From: Malacoraja senta
Taxonomy: Eukaryota
Direction of reading: 5' to 3'
NCBI GenBank assembly: GCA_038087875.1
Contig: CM075981.1
Coordinates: forward strand, 1,550,001 to 1,614,000
Length of the DNA: 64,000 nt
Part shown: piece by piece, positions 36,192-50,253 of the stretch
Position numbering within the stretch: position 1 is the first letter of the stretch
How the letters are laid out: each line of letters begins with the position of its first letter
The notes under the pieces: model-generated
Database searches by the model: none
Seen by the model: only the letters and a program-made list of their open reading frames with translations
Told to the model about the DNA's origin: nothing
Position numbers and translations under genes: made by a program

Positions 36192-36901
36192 CTGGGTAAA
36201 TATTTTTAGTATAATATCTAAAGTGACCAGCACACAAGTGGACCCGGATCCAAAATTTATAATACTCGGAACATCAGAATTAAATCAAACATTTACAACA
36301 ACACAAAGAAACTTTATTGATTATAGTATAATAACAGGAAAAAATTTAATTCTAAAATTTTGGAAAGGCCCTACGGCCCCCACAATCAAAATGTGGATTA
36401 TAGAAATGACGGTGACCTTAAACGTGGAAAGAATCAGATTTTCCCTGTTGGACAAACAGGAATTATTCGTTGGAACATGGTCTCCCTTTATTGATTATTT
36501 AAAGGGTCAGAATGGTTCAGCACGGGAACCTGACTAATGCTCGGGCTAAAGAATGGATGAAATGTTATACTCTGAAATGTACGAATATATCTCGAATTAA
36601 GTTTTTTATTTTAATAATTTTTTCCATTCTTCTTTAACTATCTTTCTCTTTTTTTTTTTTTTTTTTGTTTTGTTTTTTGTTTTTTTTGTTTGTTTTTTTC
36701 TCTTTTTCTTCTCTCTCTTTTCTTTCTTTACTTCATCTATCTTTTTAGTTCTATCTAGTTAAAAAAAAAAAAAAAAAAGACAAAAGGTATTGGAGACAAT
36801 GTAATAATAATGGATAATATTATCAATTCAAAAATGTAAGCCTGTAATGATGTTAATAGGTTATGTACTTATCTCCAATAAAAAATATTTTCCAAAAAAA
36901 A
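36192..36901 (+). mobile_element. Young 5'-truncated L1-type insertion specific to gene C intron 1
   Basis: 15-bp TSD CAAAATGTATCAATT (36177-36191 and 36902-36916), single-copy in gene B. ORF 36133..36537 ends ...PTIKMWIIEM...ERIRF...F.GTWSPFIDYL (L1 ORF2 C-terminus). AATAAA and an A-rich tail. Confidence 0.85.
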
Positions 36902-36970
36902 CAAAATGTATCAATTACCATTAAACAGTTAATTTGCTCTCCATCTGAAAGTTTCTCCGCTCAGTTTCAG

Positions 36971-37285
36971 GTGCAGTGTGGGCAAAGTGGGAAGTAAAAG
37001 GAGTTGTGGGAAGAGAGATCACAATCGATTGTCACTATGCAGCAGAGTACCGCTCACACACAAAATACTGGTGCCGTGGGAGGAGTCGACCGTGTAGAGT
37101 TTTAGTGGAAACAAATGGGCAACACGGACGGAGTGGAAGAGTGTCAATCACAGATAACCCGGCACGAGGAATATTTACTGTGACTGTGGAGGATCTTCAC
37201 TCTGAAGATACAGGATGGTACAGCTGTGGAATTACAACATCAGCCGACCATCCAATATTTAACGTTTTACTCGAAGTATCTGACG
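36971..37285 (+). CDS. Gene C exon 2: Ig V domain V1
   Basis: Canonical AG/GT, 315 nt, phase 1-1; 4 aa differences from B V1. Confidence 0.92.
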
Positions 37286-38515
37286 GTATGTTTCGCAGTG
37301 AATGACTTGACGTCTCCAGCAGAAAGACAATACAGGATTCCAATCGACCCTCTTACAGTGCATAGATACATGAAAAGGAAATTACGTTTAGTGTAAGGCG
37401 AATCCAGCAAAGTCCGATCAAGGGTAGTCCGAGGGTCATCAAAGAGATAGATAGTTCCGCACTACTCTCTGGATGTGGTAGGATGATTCAGATGCCTGAC
37501 AAGAGCTGTGAAGAAATTGTCCCCGAATCTGGCGGTGTGCGTGTTTACGCTAGTAACGCTCTCTGGTAAGGGACCTGGAGGTGGGTGGTGAGTGGGCGAG
37601 TGGTGAGTGGGTGAGTGGTTGGGTGAGTTGGGCAGATGCATGGCAGATGAAGTTTAATGTGGATAAATGTGAGTTTATCCACTTTAGTAGCAAAATCAGG
37701 AAGGCAGATTATTATCTGAATGTTGTCAGGTTGGGAAAAGGGGAAGTACAAAGAGATCTGGGGGTCATTGTTCATCACTCACTGAAAGTAAGCATGCAGG
37801 TACAGCAGGCAGTGAAGAAAGCTAGTGGCATGTTGACCGTAATAACAAGAGGAGTTGAGTACAGGAGCAAAGAGGTCCTTCTGCAGTTGTACATGGCCCC
37901 AGTGAGACCACACCTGGATTATTGTTTGCAGTTTTGATCTCCAAATTTGAGGAAGGACCTTCTTGCTATCGAGGGAGTGCAGTGTATGTTGAGGGAGTGC
38001 AACAAGGTTAATTCCCGGGATGGCGGGACTGTCATGTGTTGATTGAATGGTGCGGCTGCGCTTGTATACTCTGGAATTTAGAAGGATGAGATGGGATCTT
38101 ATTGAAAAATATAAGATTATTAAGGGATTGGACACGCGAGAGGCAGGAAACATTGTCCCGATATTAAGAATAATGGATAGGCCATTTAGAACGGAGATGA
38201 GGAAAAACTTTTTCACGCAGAGAGTTGTGAATCTGTGGAATTATCTGCCTCAGAAGGCAGTGGAGGCCGATTCACTGGATGCATTCAAAAGAGAGTTAGA
38301 TAGAGCGCTTTGGGCTAGCGGAATCAAGGGGTATGGGGAAAGGCAGGAACGGGTTACTGATTCTGGATGATCAGCCATGAACACATTGAATGGCGGTGCA
38401 ATATGACACATCATGGAACGATTTAAGTTTTCTTGCATGTTTTCTTCAAAATGTATCTATTTCCATTAAAAAGTTCATTTGTTCTCCATCTGAAAGTTTC
38501 TCCCCTCCATTTCAG

Positions 38516-38830
38516 CTGCAGTGTGGGGAGAGACGTATGTAAGAGGAGTTGTGGGAAGAGCGATCACAATCTATTGTCAATATGAAGCAGAGTATCGCTC
38601 ACACACAAAATACTGGTGCCGTGTGCAGAATCGCCAATGTACAGATATGGTGGAAACAAATGGGCAACACGGACGGAGTGGAAGAATGTCAATCACAGAT
38701 AACTCGGCACGAGGAATATTTACTTTGACTGTGGAGGATCTTCACTCTGGAGATACAGGATGGTACAGGTGTGGAATTACAACATCTAACGGCCGTTCAA
38801 TGTTAAACGTAGAACTCCAAGTATCTGACG
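38516..38830 (+). CDS. Gene C exon 3: Ig V domain V2
   Basis: Canonical AG/GT, 315 nt, phase 1-1; 11 aa differences from B V2. Confidence 0.92.
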
Positions 38831-39029
38831 GTACGTTTCTCAGCGATTGACTTGTCGTCTCCACTGAAAAGCCTGATCTATGTTTTCTCCGGGAAGGGTC
38901 AGGGCAGCACCGATATCCCGAGGCTCCGCAGCAGTGCAGAGCCATGCGGGGAGCGGGCGCGGGTCGGGAAACCGCACTCATTTTGCTCTCACCCTGAGCG
39001 GGCTCTGCCCCACTGAGCCGCCACCCACT

Positions 39030-40465
39030 TAGAAACATAGAAACATAGAAAATAGGTGCAGGAGGAGGCCATTCGGCCCTTCGAGCCAGCACCACCATTC
39101 ATTGCGATCATGGCTGATCGTCCCCAATCAATAACCTGTGCCTGCCTTCTCCCCATATCCCTTGATTCCACTAGACCCTGGAGCTCTATCTGACTCTCTC
39201 TTAAATCCATCCAGTGATTTGGCCTCCACTGCCCTCTGTGGCAGGGAATGCACAAATTCACAACACTCTGGGTGAAAACGTTTTTTCTCACCTCAGTCTT
39301 AAATGGCCTCCCCTTTATTCTAAGACTGTGGCCCCTGGATCTGGACTCGCCCAACATTGGGAACATTTTTCCTGCATCTAGCTTGTCCAGTCCTTTTATA
39401 ATGTTATGTGTTTCTATAAGATCCCCCCTCATCCTTCTAAACTCCAGCGAATACAAGCCTAGTCTTTTCAATCTTTCCTCATAAGACAGTCCCGCCATCC
39501 CAGGGATCAATCTCGTGAACCTATGCTGCACTGCCTCAATCACAAGGATGTCCTTCCACAAATTAGGAGACCAAAACTGTACGCAATACTCCAGATGTGG
39601 TCTTTCCAGAGCCCTATACAACTGCAGAAGAACCTCTGTACTCCTATACTGAAATTCTCTTGTTATGAAGGCCAACATTCCATTAGCTTTCTTCACTGCC
39701 TGCTGTACCTGCAAGCCAACTTTCAGTGACCGGTGTACAAGGACACCCAGGTCTCGCTGCGCCTCCCCCTTACCTAACCTAACCCCGTTGTGATAATAAT
39801 CTGCCCCCTTGTTTTTGCCACCAAAGTGGATAACCTCACATTTATCTATATTATACTGCCACGCATCTGCCCACTCACTCAACCTGTCCTGGTCATCCTG
39901 CAACCTGCTAACATCCTCTTCATAGTTCACACTGCCATCCAGCTTTGTGTCATCCGCAAACTTGCTAGTGTTGCTCCTAATTCCCTCTTCCAAATCATTA
40001 ATATATATGGTAAACAGTTGCGGCCCCAACACCGAGCCTTGCGGCACTCCATTCGCCACTGCCTGCCATTCTGAAAAGAACCCGTTCACTCCTACTCTTT
40101 ACTTCCTGTCTGCCAACCAATCTTCTATCCACGTCAACACCCTACCCCCAATACCATGCGCTCTAATTGTAGTCACCAGTCTCCCGGGCGGGTCTTTATC
40201 AAAGGCTTTCTGAAAGTCTAGATCCACTACATGCACTGGCTCCCCTTCATCCATTTTACTTGTCACATCCTCAAAATAATCCAGAAGATTAGTCAAGCAT
40301 GATTTTCCTTTCATAAATCCATGCTGACTTGGACTAATACTTTTACTGCTATCCAAATGCCCCATTATTACCTCTTTAATAATTGACACCAGCATCTTTC
40401 CCACCACCGAAGTCAGGCTAACTGGTCTGTAATTCCCCGTTTTCTCTCTCGCTCCTTTTTTGAAA
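39030..40465 (-). mobile_element. CR1 LINE fragment, paralogue of 16210-17635
   Basis: ORF 38989..40089 (366 aa, RT domain YADD-equivalent KFADDTKL) and ORF 40099..40407 (SQHGFMKGKSCLTNLL..FEDVT). Confidence 0.92.
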
Positions 40466-42832
40466 AGTGGAATTTAACTTCTCTTTCACTTCACTTTTCA
40501 CTTCAAGTGGAATGCTCAGCACATTTCCCTTCCTCTGAACTGTATGAAATGTCACCCTGTCAGAAGTTTGCATTCCGACTCAAAATAATAATCCGACAGA
40601 TCAGTGAGAAACAAGTGTTGCTCGCGGTCTGAATACCCCGAGAGTTTTTAAAAAATCAGTCCCCAGAGCTCAATAGACTGCGATCAGTCCTCCCGGGGTA
40701 GGCCATCCCGCTTCCCGCCCCCACCTCAGGGACCAGTCATTCCCTCCCAAACCCCGCGCTCTCTCTCTCTCCCTCTGCCCGTCAATGCGCCCCCATCCCC
40801 AGCAGCCACTGTCCACCCACCGCCCGGCAGTCAGCCAACCTCTCCACCCGGACATTTCCCCGGTGTTAAGCAGAATAAACTCATCTTTCACCCCATCAGC
40901 CGTCGCACACAACACATAATCCTCCAACATTTTCGCCACCTGCAACGGGATCCCACTACTAGACACATCTTTCCATCTCCACCGCTTTCTGCTTTCCGAA
41001 GAGACCGTTCCTTCCGTAACTCCCTGGTCAACGTCCACCCTCCCCCCCCCCCAAAAAAAAACATCCCCTCCCCAAGTACCTTCCCCGACAACTGCAGGAG
41101 ATAGATCACATGTCTCGATACCTCCTTCCTCTACTCCGTCCAAGGTCTCCAACAATCTTTGCGGGTGAGGATTGACTAGCATCTCCTCGAAGCTCACCTA
41201 CTACATCCGCTGTTCCAGGTGTGAACTACTATATATCGGCTAGACCAAGCGCAGACTCGTCGATCGTTTCGCTGACTAACTCCGCTCAGTCTGCTCCTGG
41301 ACCTCCTCCACTATCCAACGTAAATAGGAGGAAAAGCACCTGGGCAACTTACAACCCATCGTTTGAATATTGACTTCTCTAACTTCAAGGAACCCTTGCT
41401 TTACTCCTGTCCCCATCCCGCCACCATCCTGGCTCTCCAGTTAGTTGCACAGTCAAACTGATTTTCTTTTACTTATTGTATGCCTCGTTGTCACCTTCCC
41501 TTCAGCTCACAATGATCCATTGTCCATTTTCTTTTCACCTTTGATCACTTGTTTTCACACCTTACCTTTCCATTTTCTTCTGTCTCCCTGTCCCATGATT
41601 CTCAGGCTGAAGATGGGTCTCGACACGAAACGTCACTCATTCCTTCTTTCGAGAGATGCTGCCTGCTCCGTTGCGTTACTCCAGAATTTTGTGTCTATCT
41701 TAAAGGGATCGTAAATTCGTTTTCCACAGCAGAGATGGTTAACTGTGTGTAGACATGTAATGGGGGAAATGGAACTCGGTGCATTGTGGTGATGGATCTG
41801 AAATCACACTTGAATATCTACACAATGTTCGTAGTTTAACCACTGTTGACACATGGTCGAATTGCATCCTGATGATAAATGAAAGGCTTAAAATAGCGAA
41901 TGAATTTGAAGCAGATACTGCAAGACACCTGGACCGAAGGCGAGAGGTTCCAACGTCATCAGGAAGTTAATTCTACACTTTTAAAATGTGTTTACCAAGG
42001 AGGTGGAAGTCGGGATTGTGGACTCATTGTGGCAGTTCAAACATTCCCAGCATTTGTCCGGCTCAACTCTGTCGCAAACCCAACAATTCCCCGGTGTCTG
42101 AGACAGAATCACTGTCCTCGCTCTATCCACCCACCCCAACTCTTTCTCCATCATCTCTCCAATCCGCGGCCCAGTCGTGCTGAATTGTCCAGGGCGAGCC
42201 GGGGTCATCGGGAATAAAACCTGTCCCAGATGAGCAGCGGGACATTGGGCTCACAATTCAGTTTAGTTTATTGTCACGAGTACCGAGGTACAGTGAATCT
42301 GGCGGTGTGTGTTTTCACGCTAGTAGCGCTCTCCAGCAAGGGACCCGCTTTATTGTAACCCGTCCGTATTCTGTCCTCAGTCAGGGCGTTGTAAACACAG
42401 TGGCTGCGGTGAATTTCTAAACACGGGTCCGGCCCAGTGTCGGTTGAGAGATGAATGCTGGCAGCGCCGACACTGAAATAGCAAAGTGAGGTATTTCTGT
42501 AGGGTGAGAGGCCGGGCACCGCCTGGGATTGTTGAAAGGCAGCTCCTGCAACACTGCCGCGCTCCCTCAGTACCGCACTGCGATCCCAGCCCAGTTTCTG
42601 CGCAGGGATCTGGAGTGGGAAGTGAACCCTAATTGTACTGACCCGGGGACAGAACACAGACACAACTTGTACAATAACAGCACTGCCTGCACTTCAGACC
42701 CGAGACATTGGCCGTGAAGCAAAATGACACATCATGGAACGATTATGTTTTTCATGTAATCTTCAAAATGTATATATTTCCATTAAACAGTTCATTTGCT
42801 CTGCATCTGAAAGTTTTTCCCCTCCCTTTCAG

Positions 42833-43147
42833 CTGCAGTGTGGGGAGAGAGGAACTTAACAGGAGTTGTGGGAAGAGCCATCACAATCGATTGTCACTAT
42901 GCAGCAGAGTACCGCTCACAGGCTAAATACTGGTGCCGTGGGCAGAGTCGCCAATGTACAGATATGGTGGAAACAAATGGGCAACACGGACGGAGTGGAA
43001 GGGTGTCAATCACCGATATACCGGCACTAAGAATATTTACTATGACTGTGGAAGATCTTCAATCTGGAGATACCGGATGGTACAGCTGTGGAATCACAGC
43101 ACCTGCCGACCATTCAATGTTTAACGTATATCTCCAAGTATCTGACG
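42833..43147 (+). CDS. Gene C exon 4: Ig V domain V3
   Basis: Canonical AG/GT, 315 nt, phase 1-1; about 15 aa differences from B V3. Confidence 0.92.
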
Positions 43148-45563
43148 GTACGATTCGCAGCGATTGACTTAATGTCTCCACTGAAAAGCCTGATCCATGT
43201 TTTCTCCGGGAAGGGTCAGGGCAGCACCGATATCTCGAGGCTCCGCAGCAGTGCAGAGGCCTGCGGGGAGCGGGCGAGGGTCGGGAAACCCCACTCATGT
43301 TTGCTCTCACCCAGTGCGGGTTCTGTGCCATTGAGCGGCCACCCACTTCAAGACACTCAACACATTTCCCTGCCTCTGAATTGTATGAAATATCACCCTG
43401 TCAGAGGTTTGCATTCCGACTCAAACTAATGATCCGACAGATCAGTGAGAAACAAGTGTTGCTCGCCGTCTGAATACCCGGAGAATCATAAACAGGGAAT
43501 CAGTCCCCAGAGCTCCACAGACTGCGTTCAGTCCTCCCGGGGCAGGCCAGTCCGCTTCCCGCCCCCACCTTAGGAATCAGTCACCCCCTCCCCACCCCGT
43601 GCACTCTCTCTCTCTCCCTCTGCCCAGTAAATGCGCCCCCACTGCCAGCAGCCATTGTCCACCCACCGCCCGGCAGCCAGCCAGCCTCTCCTCCCGGACA
43701 TTTCCCCGTTCGTAAGCAGAATAAACTCATCTTTCGCCCCATCAGCCGTCGCACACAGCATATATTCCTCCGACATTTGCGCCACCTACAACGGGATGCC
43801 ACAACTAGTCACATCTTTCCATCTCCTTCGCTTTTTGCGTTCCCTCCGCAACTCCCTGGTCAACACGTCCTCCCCCCCCCTCCCCTCGTCCCCAGGTACC
43901 TTCCCCTACAACTGCAGGAGATGCAACACCAGTCACTATATATCCCCCCCTTTACTCCGTCCATGGGCCTCAACAGTCTTTTGGGGTGAGGCAGAGGGTC
44001 GCTTGCATCTCCTCTAACCTCATCTACTCTATCCGCTGTTCCAGATGTGAACAAGCGGATATAGTAGATGGGAGACCAAGCGCAGACTCGGCGATCGTTT
44101 CGCTGAACAACTCCGCTCAGTCTGCCTCGGCCTACGCTACATCCCGATTGCTAAACACTTTTATTCCCCCTCCCATTCCCAAACTGATCTTTCCGTCCTG
44201 GACCTCCTCCAGTGTCAGAGTGAGGCCAAAGGCAAATTGGAAAAACAGCGCCTCATATTTCGCTTGGGCAGCTTACAACCCAGCGGTTTGAATATTGACA
44301 TCTCTAACTTCAAGTAACCCTTGCTTTACTCCTTTCCATCCCGCCCCCATCCGAAACCTCCAATTAGATTCACCTGATAATATTTTACTGATTGTATGCC
44401 TCGTTGTCCCCTTCCCTTCAGCTGACAATGATTCAATCTACATTTCCCTTTAACATTGTCACCTTTGATCACTTGTTTTAACATCTTATCCTTCCATTTC
44501 TCTTCTGTCACCCAGAACATGACTGTCAGGCTGGAGAAGGGTCTCGATCCGAAACTTCACCCACTCCTTCTCTCGAGAGATGCTGCCGGCTCCGCTGAGT
44601 TCCCCCAGCATTTTGTGTCTCTCTTAAAGCGATCGTAATTAGTTTTCGCGATTAAATTACAAGGCATTGAATTGTGTTTTTGGCACGCTGGTCTTCATCA
44701 GTGAGAACATTCAGAATATAATTTGAGATAATATGCTTCAGACGTGCAGATGTTCAGTCCACACTTTGGGAATTGTGTTCAGCTTCAGTCACTCAGCTCC
44801 AAGAAAAGTTGAGATGGACAGCGTGCAGAAAGGTTTTTGGGCGACGTTGCCTGGACAGGATGGGATTGACGCAGGGAGCGATTGGACAAACTCAGACTTC
44901 ATTCCTTAGTGTGGAAATGATTGAGAGAGGAACTTATAGAAATGAATAAATCACGAGAAGCATGTTCATTTTCCCACGATGTGTGGAATCAAAAAGTGGA
45001 GGACAGAGGTAATGGGAACTATTTAAAGAGGGAGGAATAGTAAGGTGCCATTGACCGTAATGGCATGTTTTGTACAGATGAGTGGCCGAAGCTGAACACA
45101 ATTCGCACAAGTTCGACCTCAACAACATATGTACAACTGAAACATAACATCCCAACATATGTTCTGAGGGACAACATTTTCCACACATTGGGTAATATGT
45201 ACATGGAACCTGCTGCCAGGGGAAGTTGTTGAGGCAGTTAGAATAGCAGCATTTAAAATAAATTTTGGATATTTGCGTAGATTGGGATCATTGCGAGTGA
45301 TAAATGAGAAACGCGGACATATGGAAATGTCATAGAAAGACATGTTGGTCGGCATTAATGAGCTGTTGTGATGGGCATCTTTCGGTTCTCAATAACTCTA
45401 ACCTTCTTCGGTTTCTGCGCTTCGCACACTCCCAGAGATGTAGATGAGCCGGTGAGGTATCAACCGGACGGTTCGGGCTGAGATAAAGTGCTGCTGAGAT
45501 TTAGCAAGTGTTTGGTTTTTAACAATTCATACAGGTGACTGAATATTTGCTCCATTCCCACAG

Positions 45564-45884
45564 AACCCATGTCTGCTCCTGTGCTCAGTTATCTGTCAGC
45601 AGCAAATGCCTCACGTCTTGGAGGCTCAGTGTCAGTGTCCTGTGAGTCTCTCCGTGGATCCCTTCCCATCCATTACACATGGTTTGAGAAGAACGAGCAT
45701 TGCGTTTCAACGATCTTGCAAGGCAATCAACTGGATCTGAGTTGTGAAATCCTCAGAGGTGAACACCTTCGATATTACTGCACAGCCGCAAATAATCGTG
45801 GGACAAAATCCAGTGAAATAGTCAAGGTGAAAGTCTTCAAAGGAGCAGGAACGTGCAGTTATGTGACAGAAATGAACAATGCAG
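45564..45884 (+). CDS. Gene C exon 5: Ig C2 domain C2-1
   Basis: Canonical AG/GT, 321 nt, phase 1-1; has an extra Cys (EHCV vs EHWV in B). Confidence 0.9.
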
Positions 45885-47135
45885 GTGAGTGTTCCTCTCG
45901 TGTCCCTGAACCTGCTGCTATTCACCTTGTGGTGATGTTCATGTATTTCTTGTTATTTGCAGACGGCATCATTGCAGCCACCGTGAGCTCATGGTGTAAA
46001 ATGCGAGAGTTTGTTTGGGAGACTGGCAAATAATTGCCCGTAGCTTCCACCATGGAGGTGTTGAGCAATTTCAGCAAAGGAGAGAAAGACATGCACTTGT
46101 CACAAAGCGTTGAGTGCACTCCATCAAATGTCTGCCTTCTGCCTTAAAAATGCCGCTTGGCTGCCGCTTAAGGTCTCACAGTCACTTTGAGACATTGAAA
46201 GCAACCAAATGCATTCTGTTTGGATCCGCCATCATTTACAATCAAGGATGTACAATGTCATGATCATGTTCATGATTTTAACTGTTAATTTGTGTTAAAC
46301 TCCAGTAATATCACTAAATTAAATTGTAATCTACTTGGCCGTCACTCCATCAAGTATAACCCTTACTTTTGTCAAAGAGAATTTTGAAATGAACTCCCAG
46401 TAGGTGTGGAAACGTTCAGATTGGAAGTCCAGAATAGAGTGTGAATGGTTTACATCAGAGAGACCAAGCTTATACAATGCCAGCGTTTCTTAAACTATTT
46501 CAGTGCCATTCACCCTTGAGTCTTTATTACAATATTTAATTCACCCTCCACCAAATATTCTTATGTTTTTTTTGGTTATTATCATCTTATTTTCACTTGT
46601 GCATAATTTTATATATAATGTATTTTGTCACATGAGCAAAACACATGAATTAACTCATTCACCCCAAAATAATTTCATTCACCCTTGGGTAAACCATTCA
46701 TCAGTTTAAGAAGCACTGGCCGAGGTTACAATTTCGCCGAACACTTGTGTTTGTTCTGTCATGACCCAGAGTCGTACTTGATAGACACCCGGTTGATGCA
46801 GAGCAGCAGCAGTTTGCACCATCTGCACGATGCACTGCAGCAACTCACCAAGACTCCCAAGACATTACCTTCCAATTGCAACAGGCTCCGTGTTCAATGC
46901 ATCATTATTCACCATTCACACCCACATTGGCTGGGAAGCGCTTTGGAACGACGTGCAGATGGTGAGGGACGGTGTACAGTATCTGTCTCTCATCGCAATC
47001 TAGGTGGAATTCAACAGAGTTAAGAAAATCACTGGGCGGACGCCCCTGTATACATTGATGTATACTATAATGTATATGTTTGTGAAAGGCTAATGTTGCT
47101 CTTCAATCTATGAAAGAATTTTCCTTCAGTTTCAG

Positions 47136-47447
47136 GTGCACTGTGGGCAGAGAGCGAAGTACGAGGGGTTGTGGGAAGAGCGATCTCAATCGATTGTCAC
47201 TATGCAGCAGTGTACCGCTCACACACAAAATACTGGTGCCCTGGGACAAGTCGCCAGTGTACACATATAGTGGAAACAAATGGGAAACAAGGACAGAGCG
47301 GTAGAGTGACAATCACAGATAACCCGGCACGAGGAATATTTACTGTGACTGTGGAGGATCTTCACTCTGGAGATACAGGATGGTACAGATGTGGAATTAT
47401 TACACCTGGCGAACCAACATTTAAAGTACATCTCCAAGTATCTGAAG
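47136..47447 (+). CDS. Gene C exon 6: Ig V domain V4
   Basis: Canonical AG/GT, 312 nt, phase 1-1. Confidence 0.92.
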
Positions 47448-48641
47448 GTAGGTTTCTCAGTGAGTGACTTCATGTCTCGACTTTGGCATCTGCATAAAAC
47501 ATTTGTTGGGTCACATATGGGAGTCTGGTGCACAGTTCTGGTCGCCGCTTTATAAAACAAAAGATGTGAAAGGTTTGGAGAGGTTACAGAAAAATGTCAC
47601 CGGGATATTTAGTTGTAGGTTACAAATGCAACATGGAAATGGATCCTTCGGCCCACCGAGTCCACACCGACTAGCGATCACCGGTCACACTGGTTCTATG
47701 TTATTCCACTTTCCCATTCGCTCCCTACACACAATTCTACAATACCGCCATTCTCACACCTCATTAGTGCAACATTATCACTATCAACAATTTTATACAA
47801 GGAAATTAAAAAGTTGTTGATAATGATACTGTTGCACTAACGAAGTGTTTAAATGTTGGTATTGTAGAATTGTGGCAGAGTTTCAGATTAAAAGAAGATT
47901 AACTGCAGATGCTGGAAATATAAAACAAAGATAGATGGTGCTGCTGTGTATTGGTACAGTGGCAGACATGGTAGTTCTGGCAGCTGGGAGGATGGAGAGA
48001 CACAGAGATGTTCAAATCTGATAAATTGTGAGGAGAAGGAGCAGAGAAAACTTACAAGAATGTTGTGATGGCTTGAGGGCCTGACATACAGGGAGGGATT
48101 GAGCAGATTATGACTTTATTTCTTGGTGCGCAGGAGGATGAGGGATGATCTCATGGCAGGTAAAAAATCATGCGAGGAATAGATCGAGTTAATACACAGA
48201 GTCTTTTGCTCAGAGTAGGGGAATCGAGAACCGGAGGACATGGTTTTAATATGAGGGGGGAATGATTTAACAGGAACCTGGGAAAACGTTTTTATACAAA
48301 GGTTGGTAGGCACATGAAACGAACTGCCGACAGAAGTAGTTATGGCAGGTACTATCGTAACATTTAATAAAATATTGGACAGGTACATGAATATGATATG
48401 TTTAGTGGGTTAAGGGCCAAGAAAGGGCAGGTGGAACTCGTGTAGATTGGGCGCGTTGGTCAGTGCAGGCAAGTTAGACCGAAGGGCCTGTTTCTATGCT
48501 GTATGACTATGATTCTATGTAGATGGATGGGTCAGATTCCAACCTGGCGGCTCTGGCTAAGGTACAGAGATGGTGGATATTGGCGAGTGGTTGATTTTCA
48601 GATGTTCACCCAGTGTCTGACAGTTTGCTCCTTACCCACAG

Positions 48642-48962
48642 AACTCGTGTCTGTTCCTGTGCTTGGATTCCTGTCACCAGTCAATGACTCCTGTCTCGGG
48701 GGCTCAGTGACAGTGTCCTGTGAGGCGGTCAGTGGATCACCGCCCATTAGCTACAGTTGGTATGAAAAGACCCTATCTGTGGATTCAAAGATCTCAGACC
48801 AAAATGCCTTGGATCTACATTGTCAATCCTTCAAACACCAGCACCATCAATATTACTGCACTGCCTCCAATATTAATGGAACAAAATCCAGTGAAATGGT
48901 CAACGTGTCCATCTCCAGCAGTGACGTGCCCTGTAGTTTTCTAGTGAAAATCAACGGCACTG
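48642..48962 (+). CDS. Gene C exon 7: Ig C2 domain C2-2
   Basis: cccacAG|AA CTC GTG start and ACT G|GTaagt end; 321 nt, phase 1-1. Confidence 0.9.
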
Positions 48963-50253
48963 GTAAGTAGTGGAGGGAATGAGGAGAAGAAGGGGAAGTG
49001 GGGTGGGGCGGTTTATATGATCACAAGTGATAGAAGCAGAAATAGACCATTCAATCATGGCTGATCTATCTTCACCTCTTCATCCCATTCTCCTGTCTTT
49101 TCCACATAATCCCCGACACCCTGAAATCCATGCACGTTATTTAATGAACATCAATATTAAAATGATAGACTTATGGCCCATTTGTCAATACTTGGTTGCT
49201 GGGCTCCAGGAATAGATTCCCCAGTGCTGGTGTAGGGCAGATTCCTGGCTAGAACCTCGTCTTATGTTTACACAGTTTTTAAACTAGGTTTGCAGTTACA
49301 TCATTCCAAGCACTTTCACTTTCCTGCCATAATCTCCGCATGACCGACACTCAAAAATGGGAAGGGAACAGAAATTATCCGTAAATGTGGCCGCAGTTAA
49401 CTCCTAGACTATATCAGCTTTGGTCCACTGTGTTAATGTTGACCATTCAGCACCATCGATACTAATCCCATTTACCATCCCCTCACCCACACTCTTCTCA
49501 GACTTGACAATTCATGTGTCTTCACCATCTAGGTTTAAAAATATTCCTTGCTCAGATACCCTCCAAATATTCTACTCCTTAACCCAACCCTATGTTCTCC
49601 ACTTCTACACACATCTGCTGTGCTGATTTCCCACAAAGTACCCTATCTATGTTCCTCATAGCTTTACACACCTGTAATAGGTTCCCCCTTCTTTTCCTGT
49701 GTGGATTAAAATCTCCGACTATCCAGCCTCTCCTTCTAACTGTAATGTTTCATCCCAGGCACTACCCCTCGCATGAAATCACCTCCTTTATTTTAATTTA
49801 GAAATCCAGCGTGGAAGCAGCTGCCTTTCACCTGTGCACTAATTCTATCCTACTCACTAGGGACAATTTACAGAAGGCAATTAATCTAAAAACCTGCACG
49901 TCTTTAGAATATGGGAGAAAACCGCAGCACTTGAATAAAACCCACGCGGTCACATGGAGAACATAAACACTCCGTGCAGACAGTACCCGTAGTCAGGATT
50001 GAACTCGGGTCTCCTGCGCTATAAGGCAGCAACTCAACTGGTGGGCCACTGTGCCGCCCTAATGTAGGCAACCTGAGTTGGAACCAGCACTACAGCTTAT
50101 CACGATAACATCTCCCATTTGCTGCAAATTACACTGAAGAAACATTGCCCTGTCAATTAAACCTATAAACTCCTTATATCGGACAAACATGCTCTCTTGT
50201 TCAACTGCAAGTGAAAAGCAGTGAAACTGATTTTTATTTCCTTGTTCCAACAG

